From Chitinophagaceae bacterium (GTDB lineage Bacteria; Bacteroidota; Bacteroidia; Cytophagales; JASGCU01): a stretch of DNA of 64,000 bases. The notes under the pieces are model-generated. The model saw only the letters and a list, made by a program, of their open reading frames with translations. It was not told the origin of the DNA and ran no database searches. Of this stretch, positions 42,927-51,306 are shown one piece after another. Position 1 is the first letter of the stretch. Every line of letters starts with the position of its first letter. The DNA lies in assembly GCA_030053935.1 (NCBI GenBank), contig JASGCU010000002.1, forward strand, positions 9,107-73,106, read 5' to 3'. The position numbers and the translations under genes were made by a program.

Positions 42927-42999
42927 CACGGGAGGAGGGACTCGAACCCCCAACCTACGGTTTTGGAGACCGGCACTCTACCAATTGAGCTACGCCCGT
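42927..42999 (-). tRNA. tRNA-Trp (anticodon CCA)
   Basis: Hand-folded cloverleaf: acceptor ACGGGCG/CTCCCGT (one C-U mismatch at 6:67), D arm GCTC-AATTGGTA-GAGT, anticodon loop CTCCAAA, T arm GGGGG-TTCGAGT-CCCTC. Canonical tuf-tRNATrp-secE position. Confidence 0.85.
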
Positions 43000-43033
43000 A
43001 TCTCAGATTTTATACCGAGTATATATCTCTTTT

Positions 43034-44221
43034 TTAGTCAAGTATTTCCGTTACTTGTCCTGCACCTACTGTCCTTCCTCCTTCTCGTATTGCAAACCTA
43101 AGACCTACTTCTAATGCTATTTTACTGAGTAGTTTTACGTCTATAGTAAGATTGTCTCCTGGCATAACCATTTCTCTTCCACTTGGAAGTGTTATTTCTC
43201 CTGTAACGTCTGTGGTTCTAAAATAAAATTGAGGTCTATATTTGTTAAAAAATGGAGTATGTCGTCCTCCTTCTTCTTTAGACAAAACGTATACTTCTGC
43301 TTTAAAATGAGCATGTGGTTTTACGGATCCTGGCTTACATATAATCATACCGCGGCGTATTTGAGTTTTTTCAATACCACGTAATAATAATCCTACATTA
43401 TCGCCTGCTTCACCTCTATCTAATATCTTACGAAACATTTCTACCCCAGTAACGGTAGATTTTAATCCTTCTGCTCCCATTCCTACTATTTCTACTGTTT
43501 CCCCACTATTAATAACTCCTCTTTCTATTCTTCCTGTTCCTACTGTTCCACGACCTGTTATAGAGAACACGTCTTCCACAGGAAGTAAAAAATCTTTTTC
43601 AGTAGAACGAACTGGTTGTGGAATATAAGAATCTACTTGTGCCATGAGTTCTTCTATTTTAGAAACCCAATTTGCATCTCCATTCAGTCCTCCTAAAGCA
43701 GAGCCGCGAATAACAGGTATTTTATCCCCGGGGAACTTATAAAATGTAAGAAGATCTCTTATTTCCATTTCTACGAGGTCCAATAATTCGGGGTCATCTA
43801 CTAAATCTACTTTATTCATAAAGACAACTATTGCTGGTACTCCTACCTGTCTTGCAAGAAGAATATGTTCCCTTGTTTGAGGCATAGGTCCGTCTGTTGC
43901 TGCTACTACTAATATTGCTCCGTCCATTTGTGCAGCTCCAGTAACCATATTTTTCACATAATCAGCGTGACCAGGACAGTCAACGTGTGCATAGTGTCTA
44001 TTATTTGTTTGATATTCTACGTGAGCAGTATTGATGGTAATACCTCTTTCTTTTTCTTCGGGTGCATTATCTATAGAGGAAAATTCTCTTACTTCTGCTA
44101 ATCCTTTTTTTGCTAATACTTTAGTTATAGCGGCGGTAAGGGTAGTTTTACCGTGATCTACGTGTCCTATTGTTCCGATGTTGACATGCGGTTTATTTCG
44201 GTTAAAATTTTCTTTAGCCAT
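43034..44221 (-). CDS. tuf: elongation factor Tu
   Basis: 395 aa. [24 protein letters not shown] motifs. Confidence 0.99.
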   Translation of the reverse strand: MAKENFNRNKPHVNIGTIGHVDHGKTTLTAAITKVLAKKGLAEVREFSSIDNAPEEKERGITINTAHVEYQTNNRHYAHVDCPGHADYVKNMVTGAAQMDGAILVVAATDGPMPQTREHILLARQVGVPAIVVFMNKVDLVDDPELLDLVEMEIRDLLTFYKFPGDKIPVIRGSALGGLNGDANWVSKIEELMAQVDSYIPQPVRSTEKDFLLPVEDVFSITGRGTVGTGRIERGVINSGETVEIVGMGAEGLKSTVTGVEMFRKILDRGEAGDNVGLLLRGIEKTQIRRGMIICKPGSVKPHAHFKAEVYVLSKEEGGRHTPFFNKYRPQFYFRTTDVTGEITLPSGREMVMPGDNLTIDVKLLSKIALEVGLRFAIREGGRTVGAGQVTEILD

Positions 44222-44322
44222 TATTTGATATTTTGATATATGTTAAAATATGAATTGAGTTATAATAATTTAAAAATATATTTATATATTTATAGTAAAA
44301 AAAATACAAATATTTAAATATG

Positions 44323-44394
<72 letters not shown>

Positions 44395-44441
44395 ATTCAT
44401 CTTACAAAAAGATATAAAAATGCTCTTTTATTAGTATTAAG

Positions 44442-44514
44442 AGCGGACAACGAGGTTCGAACCCGCGACCTGCAGCTTGGAAGGCTGCCGCTCTACCATC
44501 TGAGCTATGTCCGC
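44442..44514 (-). tRNA. tRNA-Gly (anticodon TCC)
   Basis: Hand fold: acceptor GCGGACA/TGTCCGC, anticodon stem GCAGC/GCTGC with loop CTTCCAA, T loop TTCGAAC. Confidence 0.88.
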
Positions 44515-44536
44515 CTTTATTTTATTTTTTTATTTT

Positions 44537-44654
44537 GTCTACTCCGAAAAGTGATTTTACAAAAATCAAAAGTACTTAAAGTTTTAAAACTATTAATAAT
44601 CAACTTTTTACAAAATTATAAATGTATCAAAAGTGATTTTTCGGAATGGATTCA
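44537..44654. repeat. family-A element, copy 3
   Basis: ctactccgaaaagtgatttt...aagttttaaaactattaataatcaa..ttacaaaattataaatgtatcaaaagtgatttttcggaatgg. Lies 23 bp upstream of the tRNA-Gly 5' end. Confidence 0.8.
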
Positions 44655-44852
44655 TTTTTTGATATTATAATCATAATTATTTAGGTTATAACTAAAATAT
44701 AATCTTTGCAATTATATACTTTTTTTAAAATTATAGTTTTTTTTAAAATTATTTGCTTTTTTACAAAGCTATTTTGCACTTTTTATTAAAATAATGATTA
44801 TTTTATTGAGTGTTTTAATGAAAAATTTATTTCGTGCATATTTTTTGTTTTT

Positions 44853-46274
44853 TTATATCATTTCAGGCATAAAAAATAAAAGTATAAGTAATATTGTCAA
44901 AATATATAAAATATAATCTTTTTCAAAAGAAAGAGGGATTTTTTTTACAGTATCTTCTGTTTTTTTTAAAAAAAGATAATAAGGGATTTTTATGTAATAA
45001 AAAAGAGAAAGTATCGTATTTAAAACAGCTGCAAAAAATATAATAAGTGAAAAAATATCTCCGTGTATATAATTTTTCCAAAGAAATAAAAACACGTAGA
45101 GCTTTGCAAAAAAACCAGCTGTGGGTGGTAACCCTGTCAAAGAAATAAGTACTATTATAAAGAATAGAGAAAGTAATATATTTTTTTTTCCAATCCCGCT
45201 TATAGATTCAAAGGTTTTTTTATGGAAAAGTTCCAATTTATCTATTAGTAAAAAAAAAAGAAAGTTCATACCTATTAATGCTATGGAGTAATAGCAAAAA
45301 ATATGAAAAGAAAAGTTACTTATAGAAGAAAGAAGTAAGAATAAAAAGCCCGAATGGGATATAGAAGAGTAAGCGAACATTTTGCGAATATCTGTTTGAA
45401 TAAGTGCTAATACATTTCCGCTTGTTATACTTACGATACCGATAAGAAGAAGTATTTGGGAAAAATATGGTATCGCTAAAAAAATAGAAAGGATTCTGAA
45501 AAGAACTAAAAAGCAGGCGATTTTAGGAATGGTAGATAATATAGCAACAAATGGAAGAGAAGAATTTTGAAATACATTTGGCATCCATATATGGAATGGG
45601 AATATTCCTATTTTAAAAAATAATCCTACCAAAAAAAGTAATGTAAAAAATAAAACTACTTTATAATTTTGACTACTGAGAGATGTTATAAATTGATAAT
45701 CCATATAGTACATACTGCCTGCCATACCGTATAAAATACTCATCGCATATAGCATAACTCCTGAAGCAAGAACGCCGTATAATAAGTAATTAAAAGCGGA
45801 TTCCGTACTTTTTTTATTATCAGAAAAACATGCTAATATATAAGAACAAACGGATAGCATTTCTAAAGAAATAAAAAGAGAAATAAAATGAGACGAGGTG
45901 ATTAATAAAAGGGACGAGGTTAATAGGGCAAGAAAAACATAAAAATATTCGTGCTTTGTTTTTAAAAAAGAGTAGGAGAAAAAAACACTCAAAAAGCAAC
46001 ATATTGTTATAGAAATAAGTCCGAACTCTGTATATATGTCGTATATAAAAGTTCCGTCAAAAAGTATATAAACGTCTGTGGTTTTTGTTTTTGTGAGGAA
46101 AAAGAATCCAGAAAAAATGCAATTCAATACGAGAATAGAAAGATTTATAAAAAGAGAATATTTATTTTTTGGGATGGAAATATCTATGAGAAAGAGTAAT
46201 AATATTCCTAGTATGCTTATTATTATAGGGGTAAAAAAGAATAAATCTTTGATAATTGAGGGGTAAAGGTTCAT
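44853..46274 (-). CDS. nuoN: NuoN/ND2-type proton-conducting membrane subunit (PF00361-like), orphan
   Basis: 473 aa, about 14 TM. ...FKIGIFPFHIWMPNVFQNSSLPFVAILSTIPKIA... matches the NuoN/ND2 core. No other nuo genes adjacent. Confidence 0.7.
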   Translation of the reverse strand: MNLYPSIIKDLFFFTPIIISILGILLLFLIDISIPKNKYSLFINLSILVLNCIFSGFFFLTKTKTTDVYILFDGTFIYDIYTEFGLISITICCFLSVFFSYSFLKTKHEYFYVFLALLTSSLLLITSSHFISLFISLEMLSVCSYILACFSDNKKSTESAFNYLLYGVLASGVMLYAMSILYGMAGSMYYMDYQFITSLSSQNYKVVLFFTLLFLVGLFFKIGIFPFHIWMPNVFQNSSLPFVAILSTIPKIACFLVLFRILSIFLAIPYFSQILLLIGIVSITSGNVLALIQTDIRKMFAYSSISHSGFLFLLLSSISNFSFHIFCYYSIALIGMNFLFFLLIDKLELFHKKTFESISGIGKKNILLSLFFIIVLISLTGLPPTAGFFAKLYVFLFLWKNYIHGDIFSLIIFFAAVLNTILSLFYYIKIPYYLFLKKTEDTVKKIPLSFEKDYILYILTILLILLFFMPEMI

Positions 46275-46310
46275 TATTATTACTTTTTTTAAGTGTGATT
46301 ATAATATAAA

Positions 46311-46687
46311 TATAGGTCTATAAGCCGGATTCTGTTCTCTTGAGAGTTTCTATCATTTATCTGGGTTATTTGTTGCCAAACAACTCTATCGACCTACCCA
46401 ATCCGAATTTATTTGAAACAAATAAACAAGCGAGCAGCTTTTTTTCGGATCCTATTTGGTCTTTCAACTCGTAAGGTTTATCATGCTTTTGATATCACTA
46501 TCAAAACGGTAAGCTCTTACCTCACCTTTTCACCCTTATCTTAAAAAGACGGTTTTCTTTTCTGTGATACTGTCTGTTATTTTGTTTTGATGACAAAATA
46601 CCTTCCCGTTAGGAAGTACGATGCTCTGTGTTGTCCGGACTTTCCTCTTCATTTATGAAGCGATAGAACGACCTATATTTAATATTA
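46311..46687 (-). ncRNA. rnpB: RNase P RNA, bacterial type A
   Basis: The minus strand contains GAGGAAAGTCCGGAC (P4 5' strand), GATAAGGGTGAAAAGGTGAGGTAAGAGCTTACC (P10-P12 region) and ACAGAATCCGGCTTATAG (P4 3' strand). Terminal P1 pairing tataggtc/gacctata. Ends approximate. Confidence 0.92.
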
Positions 46688-47007
46688 TATGTGAATAATG
46701 TTAGTATCTATTGAGTGTATGGAAGAAAACTATGTTTTTTTTAGTTTAAGTTTCTTGTGGTGGTATGGTGGTGTTTTTAAAATTTACTTTATTATAAGAG
46801 GGTATTTATATTACAAATATATTTTGAAAACGAAAATAATTGGGGTAAAAATTATTTCATTGAGATGTAAGTATTTATATTTTATAAGTAAATCAATTAT
46901 TATGGTTGGTATAAATTAAGAATTGCTTGTGTTTTAAATGAAAGTATACTTTACTGATGGATTCAAGAAATATTTCTCAATATTTTATTTTATATCTATT
47001 AAAAAAA

Positions 47008-47073
47008 TCAATCAGAATCAAAATATTTATGAAAAAATTGTGTAAAAAAGATCCGTTTTTAGGAACCCCTTTC
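47008..47073. repeat. family-C short element, copy 2
   Basis: atcaatcagaatcaaaatatttatgaaaaaattgtgtaaaaaagatccgtttttaggaacccctttc. Lies 17 bp beyond the 3' end of the 47091-48131 gene; about 75% identical to copy 1 by eye. Confidence 0.45.
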
Positions 47074-47090
47074 TGTAGTTTGTAAGCGTT

Positions 47091-48131
47091 TTATTTAATT
47101 TTTTTTATGCTATAAATAGATGCTACGGCTCCAAATGAGAGAGTTGCTAAGTTCACTCTAAAGGTATCATCTACATAAGATCCTTTTTGTATCAGAGTTT
47201 GATTATTGTATCTCTCACTAGGGTTCATAAAATCAGTAGTCATATGTTGGTATTGAAATTCGGTAAACAGATGCCATTGTTTATTGATGGGTATTTTTAT
47301 CCCTATTCCTGCAAAAATGCTGATATTTATAGATTTTCTGAGGGTGGCTTCTTGTTTCAGTAAGTTTTCTCCGAATATATTTTGGATTTTTCCTCCGCCT
47401 GCTCTGTTTTGTAGGTCTGCTGTTGATGCGAATAGGTAATTAAGGTTTGCTCCGATGTTTATATAGGGTTGTATTTTTTTAAGACTTATAGTATATTCTA
47501 AAAATAATGGGGTTTGGAGTATATAATCTGTTTCTGTGAGGTCTGTTTTGTAATCTATAGGTATTGATATGATAAATTGTTGCCACATAAATCCTATTCC
47601 TGTTCCTATGGTGATGTTTTTTAGAATATCTTTTTTTATGAAAAGATTTATTCCTGCTCTGAAAGAAGGTTGAATTTGTTTTTGAATTTCGTTGGTGTTG
47701 TGTAATCCGAAAGAAGCGTATGAAATGATATGTGGATAGTTTCCTATGGCTTTCATTCCTACCTTGAGTATTGGTTTGTATCTAAAAGTTTCTTTTAAAA
47801 AAAAGAGTTCTTTTTTATCTATATCGGGATTAAATTCGTGTTCTTTATCCCTTTGGAGGATTTTTTTCATCCATTTGTCTGCTTCTGCATATTTGTCTTC
47901 ATATAAAAGAGACATTATTACGATTTTAGTGGCATTTATAAGTTCTTCTTTTGTTAATACATTTTTAGAATCGTTGAGGCAGTTTTCGAGTTTTTTAGGT
48001 ATTTCAGATATATGTCCAGTGATATAAAGTTTTTCTGCGTCTTCTATTGTTTGAATGCAAGATATTTGTTCTTGTGCAAATGCATTATAAATAAAATGAA
48101 GGGATAGAAATGTTATTGCTAATGTTCTCAT
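47091..48131 (-). CDS. outer-membrane beta-barrel protein (OMP_b-brl_2-like) with N-terminal helical/TPR-like domain
   Basis: 346 aa. Signal peptide MRTLAITFLSLHFIYNAFA-QEQ, an about 110-aa helical region, then alternating-hydrophobicity strands (ITIGTGIGFMWQQF, IQPYINIGANLNYLFA, ISIFAGIGIKIP, WHLFTEFQYQHM). Confidence 0.65.
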   Translation of the reverse strand: MRTLAITFLSLHFIYNAFAQEQISCIQTIEDAEKLYITGHISEIPKKLENCLNDSKNVLTKEELINATKIVIMSLLYEDKYAEADKWMKKILQRDKEHEFNPDIDKKELFFLKETFRYKPILKVGMKAIGNYPHIISYASFGLHNTNEIQKQIQPSFRAGINLFIKKDILKNITIGTGIGFMWQQFIISIPIDYKTDLTETDYILQTPLFLEYTISLKKIQPYINIGANLNYLFASTADLQNRAGGGKIQNIFGENLLKQEATLRKSINISIFAGIGIKIPINKQWHLFTEFQYQHMTTDFMNPSERYNNQTLIQKGSYVDDTFRVNLATLSFGAVASIYSIKKIK

Positions 48132-48140
48132 ATAGTTTAT

Positions 48141-51100
48141 TTATTGTTTATTAGGACATGTTTTTTCGTATAAAATATTTTCTCCTACATATTGTTTCCA
48201 TTCATTTTGGGTGAGGTTTCTGGATTTTGCACAGAGTTTATCTGCTATAAAATCAGGTTCTATCGGCCATACTTTCATAAAATCATCGTTACTTCCTGTG
48301 ATAATTTGTTTTGTTTTTTCATGAAAAATTCCATCGAATACCCATTCTTCTGATTCTTTTAATACTATTGGTGGGTCAGATATGTATTGCAACACCCATA
48401 GTTTTGTAGTATGATCTAATCCAGTGCTGATTAATAACGAGTTGTCAGAATTAAATTCTATATTGCTTACTCTGCTGGAGTGAGCATTTATATCAGAAAA
48501 TAATTTATTTGTTTCCATATCCCATATATATATTTTTCCGGATTTATCACCAAAAGCGATATATTTTTTATTTTTACTCATTGATACGCATGTAATAGCG
48601 TTGTTATTCACAGTATTTTTTGCGATAGGGATTGTGTATTTATAACGGAGGGTGTTTTTTTCTGTTATATCCCATATCATAATTTTTCCATCTGCAGAGC
48701 CGCTTATTAACATTTTATCATCACTGCTCATATCTATAACTTTTACATCTTCATGTTCTTTTAGTATTTCTATTGGTGGGATTGTAGAGTTTTCATAGTT
48801 GTATATGCGAATATATTGATCTTCTCCGATAGATATAAATTGTGGTTTATTTTTGAAGAATACTATATCATTAATATTTCCGTGGTGTTCTTCTAGTATG
48901 GTTGATTTTTCTGTTTTTAGGTTTACGAGTATTATATTTTCTTTAGTTCCTACGGCGAGGTATTTATCATCTTTACTAATAGCGAGAAATTTATTTTCGA
49001 ATTTATTTTCTAAAATTACTTTATAGCTTCTTTTTGGGTCTTGTATATTCCATTTTATTATTTTTCCATCACCTCCTGTGGAATAAACAGAATTTCCTTC
49101 ATTTGTTGCGACTATACTGTATACTCCAGATCCTCTAGAATGCCCTTTCCATCTTATAATATCTATTCCTTCGGTTGTTTGCCAAGCGTTAAATAATCCC
49201 ATGTATACATCGGGGTTATATTTTTTATAAGAATATTTGCGGTCGTAGAGAAATGCTTGTTTTGCAATAGCAGATTTTAGTTCGGGGTCTCTTATTTGTT
49301 CTACTCTCACGGCAAGAGATTGTGCGAGAGATTGGAATCTTAGTTTTTCGGCAATTTCTCTTTCTCGGCGGGCTTCGTTTGCACTTTGTTCTGCTTGTAA
49401 TTGTTGTATTCGGGCTTCTTCTTCTTTTTGTTGAGCAATGAGTGCGGATTTTTGGGCTTCTTCTTCTTTTTGTTGGGCAATTTTACTTTGCCGAGTAGCT
49501 TCTTCTTTTTGTTCTTGTGCTATTTTCGTTTGTTTTTCGGCATATAAGCGAGCTTCTTGTGCTTTTTTAGTTTCTTCTTCTGCTTTTTTTTTGGATATTT
49601 CTGCAGCTTTTGCAAAGCTAATTGCTTTTTCAGATTCTATCACTGCTTTTTTTCTTTGGATTAGTGCTTCTTTTGTAGCTTCTGTAGATATTTTTAACTG
49701 ATCTCTGGAATAGATAACTAATCCTACTAAAACTATTGCAACAGCAGCGCATATTATAGATGTTATTCTAAAAGCTCTAATTTTATTTTTTTGTTTTATG
49801 AGTTTTATTCTTTGTTCTTCTTCAAATTCTCTTTGTGAGGTTTCTAAAAACACCATAACTCTTTCGTATGCTTTATGGTATCTTCGTCCCCAAAAGGGGG
49901 TAGGATTTATTTCTTCTTTCCAGTTGAGAGCGGCTTGTAGATGAGGCATTTTCCAGAGGTCTCCTTCTCCTGTTACAAATTTTTCAGCGGCATCGGATAA
50001 TCGCAAATACATATCTACGGATTTTGATTCTTCTTCTAACCATACTTTTAGTCTTGTCCATATTCTCATAATACTTTCATGTGAAATATCTATAAGAGTT
50101 TCTCCATCAATAGGGTAGTTATGGGGAGGCATGAGAAGAGATCTGGATGGGTCTCTGAATAGATTGATGACGTTTATAACTTTTATTGGGGTAGTATTAG
50201 CTATTTTTGCGATGGTTTTTAGTTTTGTTGGTCTTCTAATCCCTTTATTTTCTGCGTTTTTTTCGGTGAGGGTTTTGAATAGTACTTCACATATTTTTTT
50301 TTCTTCTTGAGTAAGAGAATCGTATGCCTCATTGGCATGTTCGGATAGGGCTTCTTTTACGGTACCAATTGCTATGTATTCAGATATGTCTATTGGATCA
50401 TTTGTATGTCCTTTAGTATCATTCCAATATTGCCATGTGCGCATCAGGGCATGTTGGAGGACAGGGAGTTGGTCGGGGTTATCGCCGATATCATTCAAAA
50501 GTTGTTGTGTGAGCCGAGGAGTTATAGATCCTCCGACGACTAAAATAGGACCTTCTATGGCTAGTTTTTTTTGTTCTCGATTCATTTGTGGTATAAGATA
50601 ATGGCTTTCGTTTATTTTCTGTGTGAGATTTGGGAAAAAAGCACATTCACCTATAAAATCGGAACGCATTGTTAATGCAATATAAATAGATTCATTTTGA
50701 ATTTCTAATGCTTCGGTGATGAGGGATATAAAGTTATTCGCTTCTTCTTGTGAATAGGCTGAATTATCAGTAGTTCTGTATCTAAAAATTTCTTCAAACT
50801 GATCTATAAGTATAAAATAGTTTGTGTTTTTATCTTTTTTTAAATAATTAATAGCATCTACAAGTCCTAATGAGCTATTTCTTAATATGGAAGAGATGAC
50901 TGTTTGTTTTGTCATTTTTTCTTCATTTGATTTTTTTTTATACTCGGGATGTAGAGAGCTGATAAGTGCTTCTGCCATATTTTCTATTGGTGATATACCG
51001 GGTCTAAAAATAATAATATCCCAAGAAGCGCCTGCTTTTGTAACAAATCCTCCGTATAAAATTGGAAGAAGTCCACAATACATAAGAGAAGATTTTCCAC

Positions 51101-51296
51101 TACCGGATGATCCTAGTATTGCTACAAATCTATGTTCTGCTAATCTCATAAGTACTTCATCACTTTGTCCTTCTCTTCCAAAAAATAAATGAGATTCGTT
51201 AATAGTAAATGGTCGTAATCCTGGAAATGGGTTTATTCCCTTTACTTGAATAGATATATTTTCCGTAGTGTACGATGTCGTTTTTGGATTATTCAT
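48141..51296 (-). CDS. nSTAND-type P-loop NTPase - single TM helix - coiled coil - WD40 repeat protein
   Basis: 1051 aa. N-terminus NPFPGLRPFTINESHLFFGREGQSDEVLMRLAEHRFVAILGSSGSGKSSLMYCGLLP (Walker A) and YFILIDQFEEIF (Walker B), as in the novel-STAND-1 family. Hydrophobic ITSIICAAVAIVLVGLVIY (DNA 49712-49768). Lys/Glu/Gln coiled coil. At least 5 WD40 units (e.g. LISGSADGKIMIWDI, IAFGDKSGKIYIWDM, STGLDHTTKLWVL). Confidence 0.8.
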   Translation of the reverse strand: MNNPKTTSYTTENISIQVKGINPFPGLRPFTINESHLFFGREGQSDEVLMRLAEHRFVAILGSSGSGKSSLMYCGLLPILYGGFVTKAGASWDIIIFRPGISPIENMAEALISSLHPEYKKKSNEEKMTKQTVISSILRNSSLGLVDAINYLKKDKNTNYFILIDQFEEIFRYRTTDNSAYSQEEANNFISLITEALEIQNESIYIALTMRSDFIGECAFFPNLTQKINESHYLIPQMNREQKKLAIEGPILVVGGSITPRLTQQLLNDIGDNPDQLPVLQHALMRTWQYWNDTKGHTNDPIDISEYIAIGTVKEALSEHANEAYDSLTQEEKKICEVLFKTLTEKNAENKGIRRPTKLKTIAKIANTTPIKVINVINLFRDPSRSLLMPPHNYPIDGETLIDISHESIMRIWTRLKVWLEEESKSVDMYLRLSDAAEKFVTGEGDLWKMPHLQAALNWKEEINPTPFWGRRYHKAYERVMVFLETSQREFEEEQRIKLIKQKNKIRAFRITSIICAAVAIVLVGLVIYSRDQLKISTEATKEALIQRKKAVIESEKAISFAKAAEISKKKAEEETKKAQEARLYAEKQTKIAQEQKEEATRQSKIAQQKEEEAQKSALIAQQKEEEARIQQLQAEQSANEARREREIAEKLRFQSLAQSLAVRVEQIRDPELKSAIAKQAFLYDRKYSYKKYNPDVYMGLFNAWQTTEGIDIIRWKGHSRGSGVYSIVATNEGNSVYSTGGDGKIIKWNIQDPKRSYKVILENKFENKFLAISKDDKYLAVGTKENIILVNLKTEKSTILEEHHGNINDIVFFKNKPQFISIGEDQYIRIYNYENSTIPPIEILKEHEDVKVIDMSSDDKMLISGSADGKIMIWDITEKNTLRYKYTIPIAKNTVNNNAITCVSMSKNKKYIAFGDKSGKIYIWDMETNKLFSDINAHSSRVSNIEFNSDNSLLISTGLDHTTKLWVLQYISDPPIVLKESEEWVFDGIFHEKTKQIITGSNDDFMKVWPIEPDFIADKLCAKSRNLTQNEWKQYVGENILYEKTCPNKQ

Positions 51297-51306
51297 AATT
51301 TTGTGT

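Noticed and set aside
42893-42976. ORF-track N-terminal extension of secE (MPVSKTVGWGFESLLPC...).
   Set aside because: The extension is the reverse read of tRNA-Trp (42927-42999). The true SecE starts at the Met encoded at 42892.
42927-42999. C-U mismatch at acceptor-stem position 6:67 of tRNA-Trp, considered as a sign of a pseudo-tRNA.
   Set aside because: All other arms, the anticodon loop and the conserved genomic position are canonical, and single acceptor mismatches occur in functional tRNAs. A hand fold cannot justify a pseudogene call.
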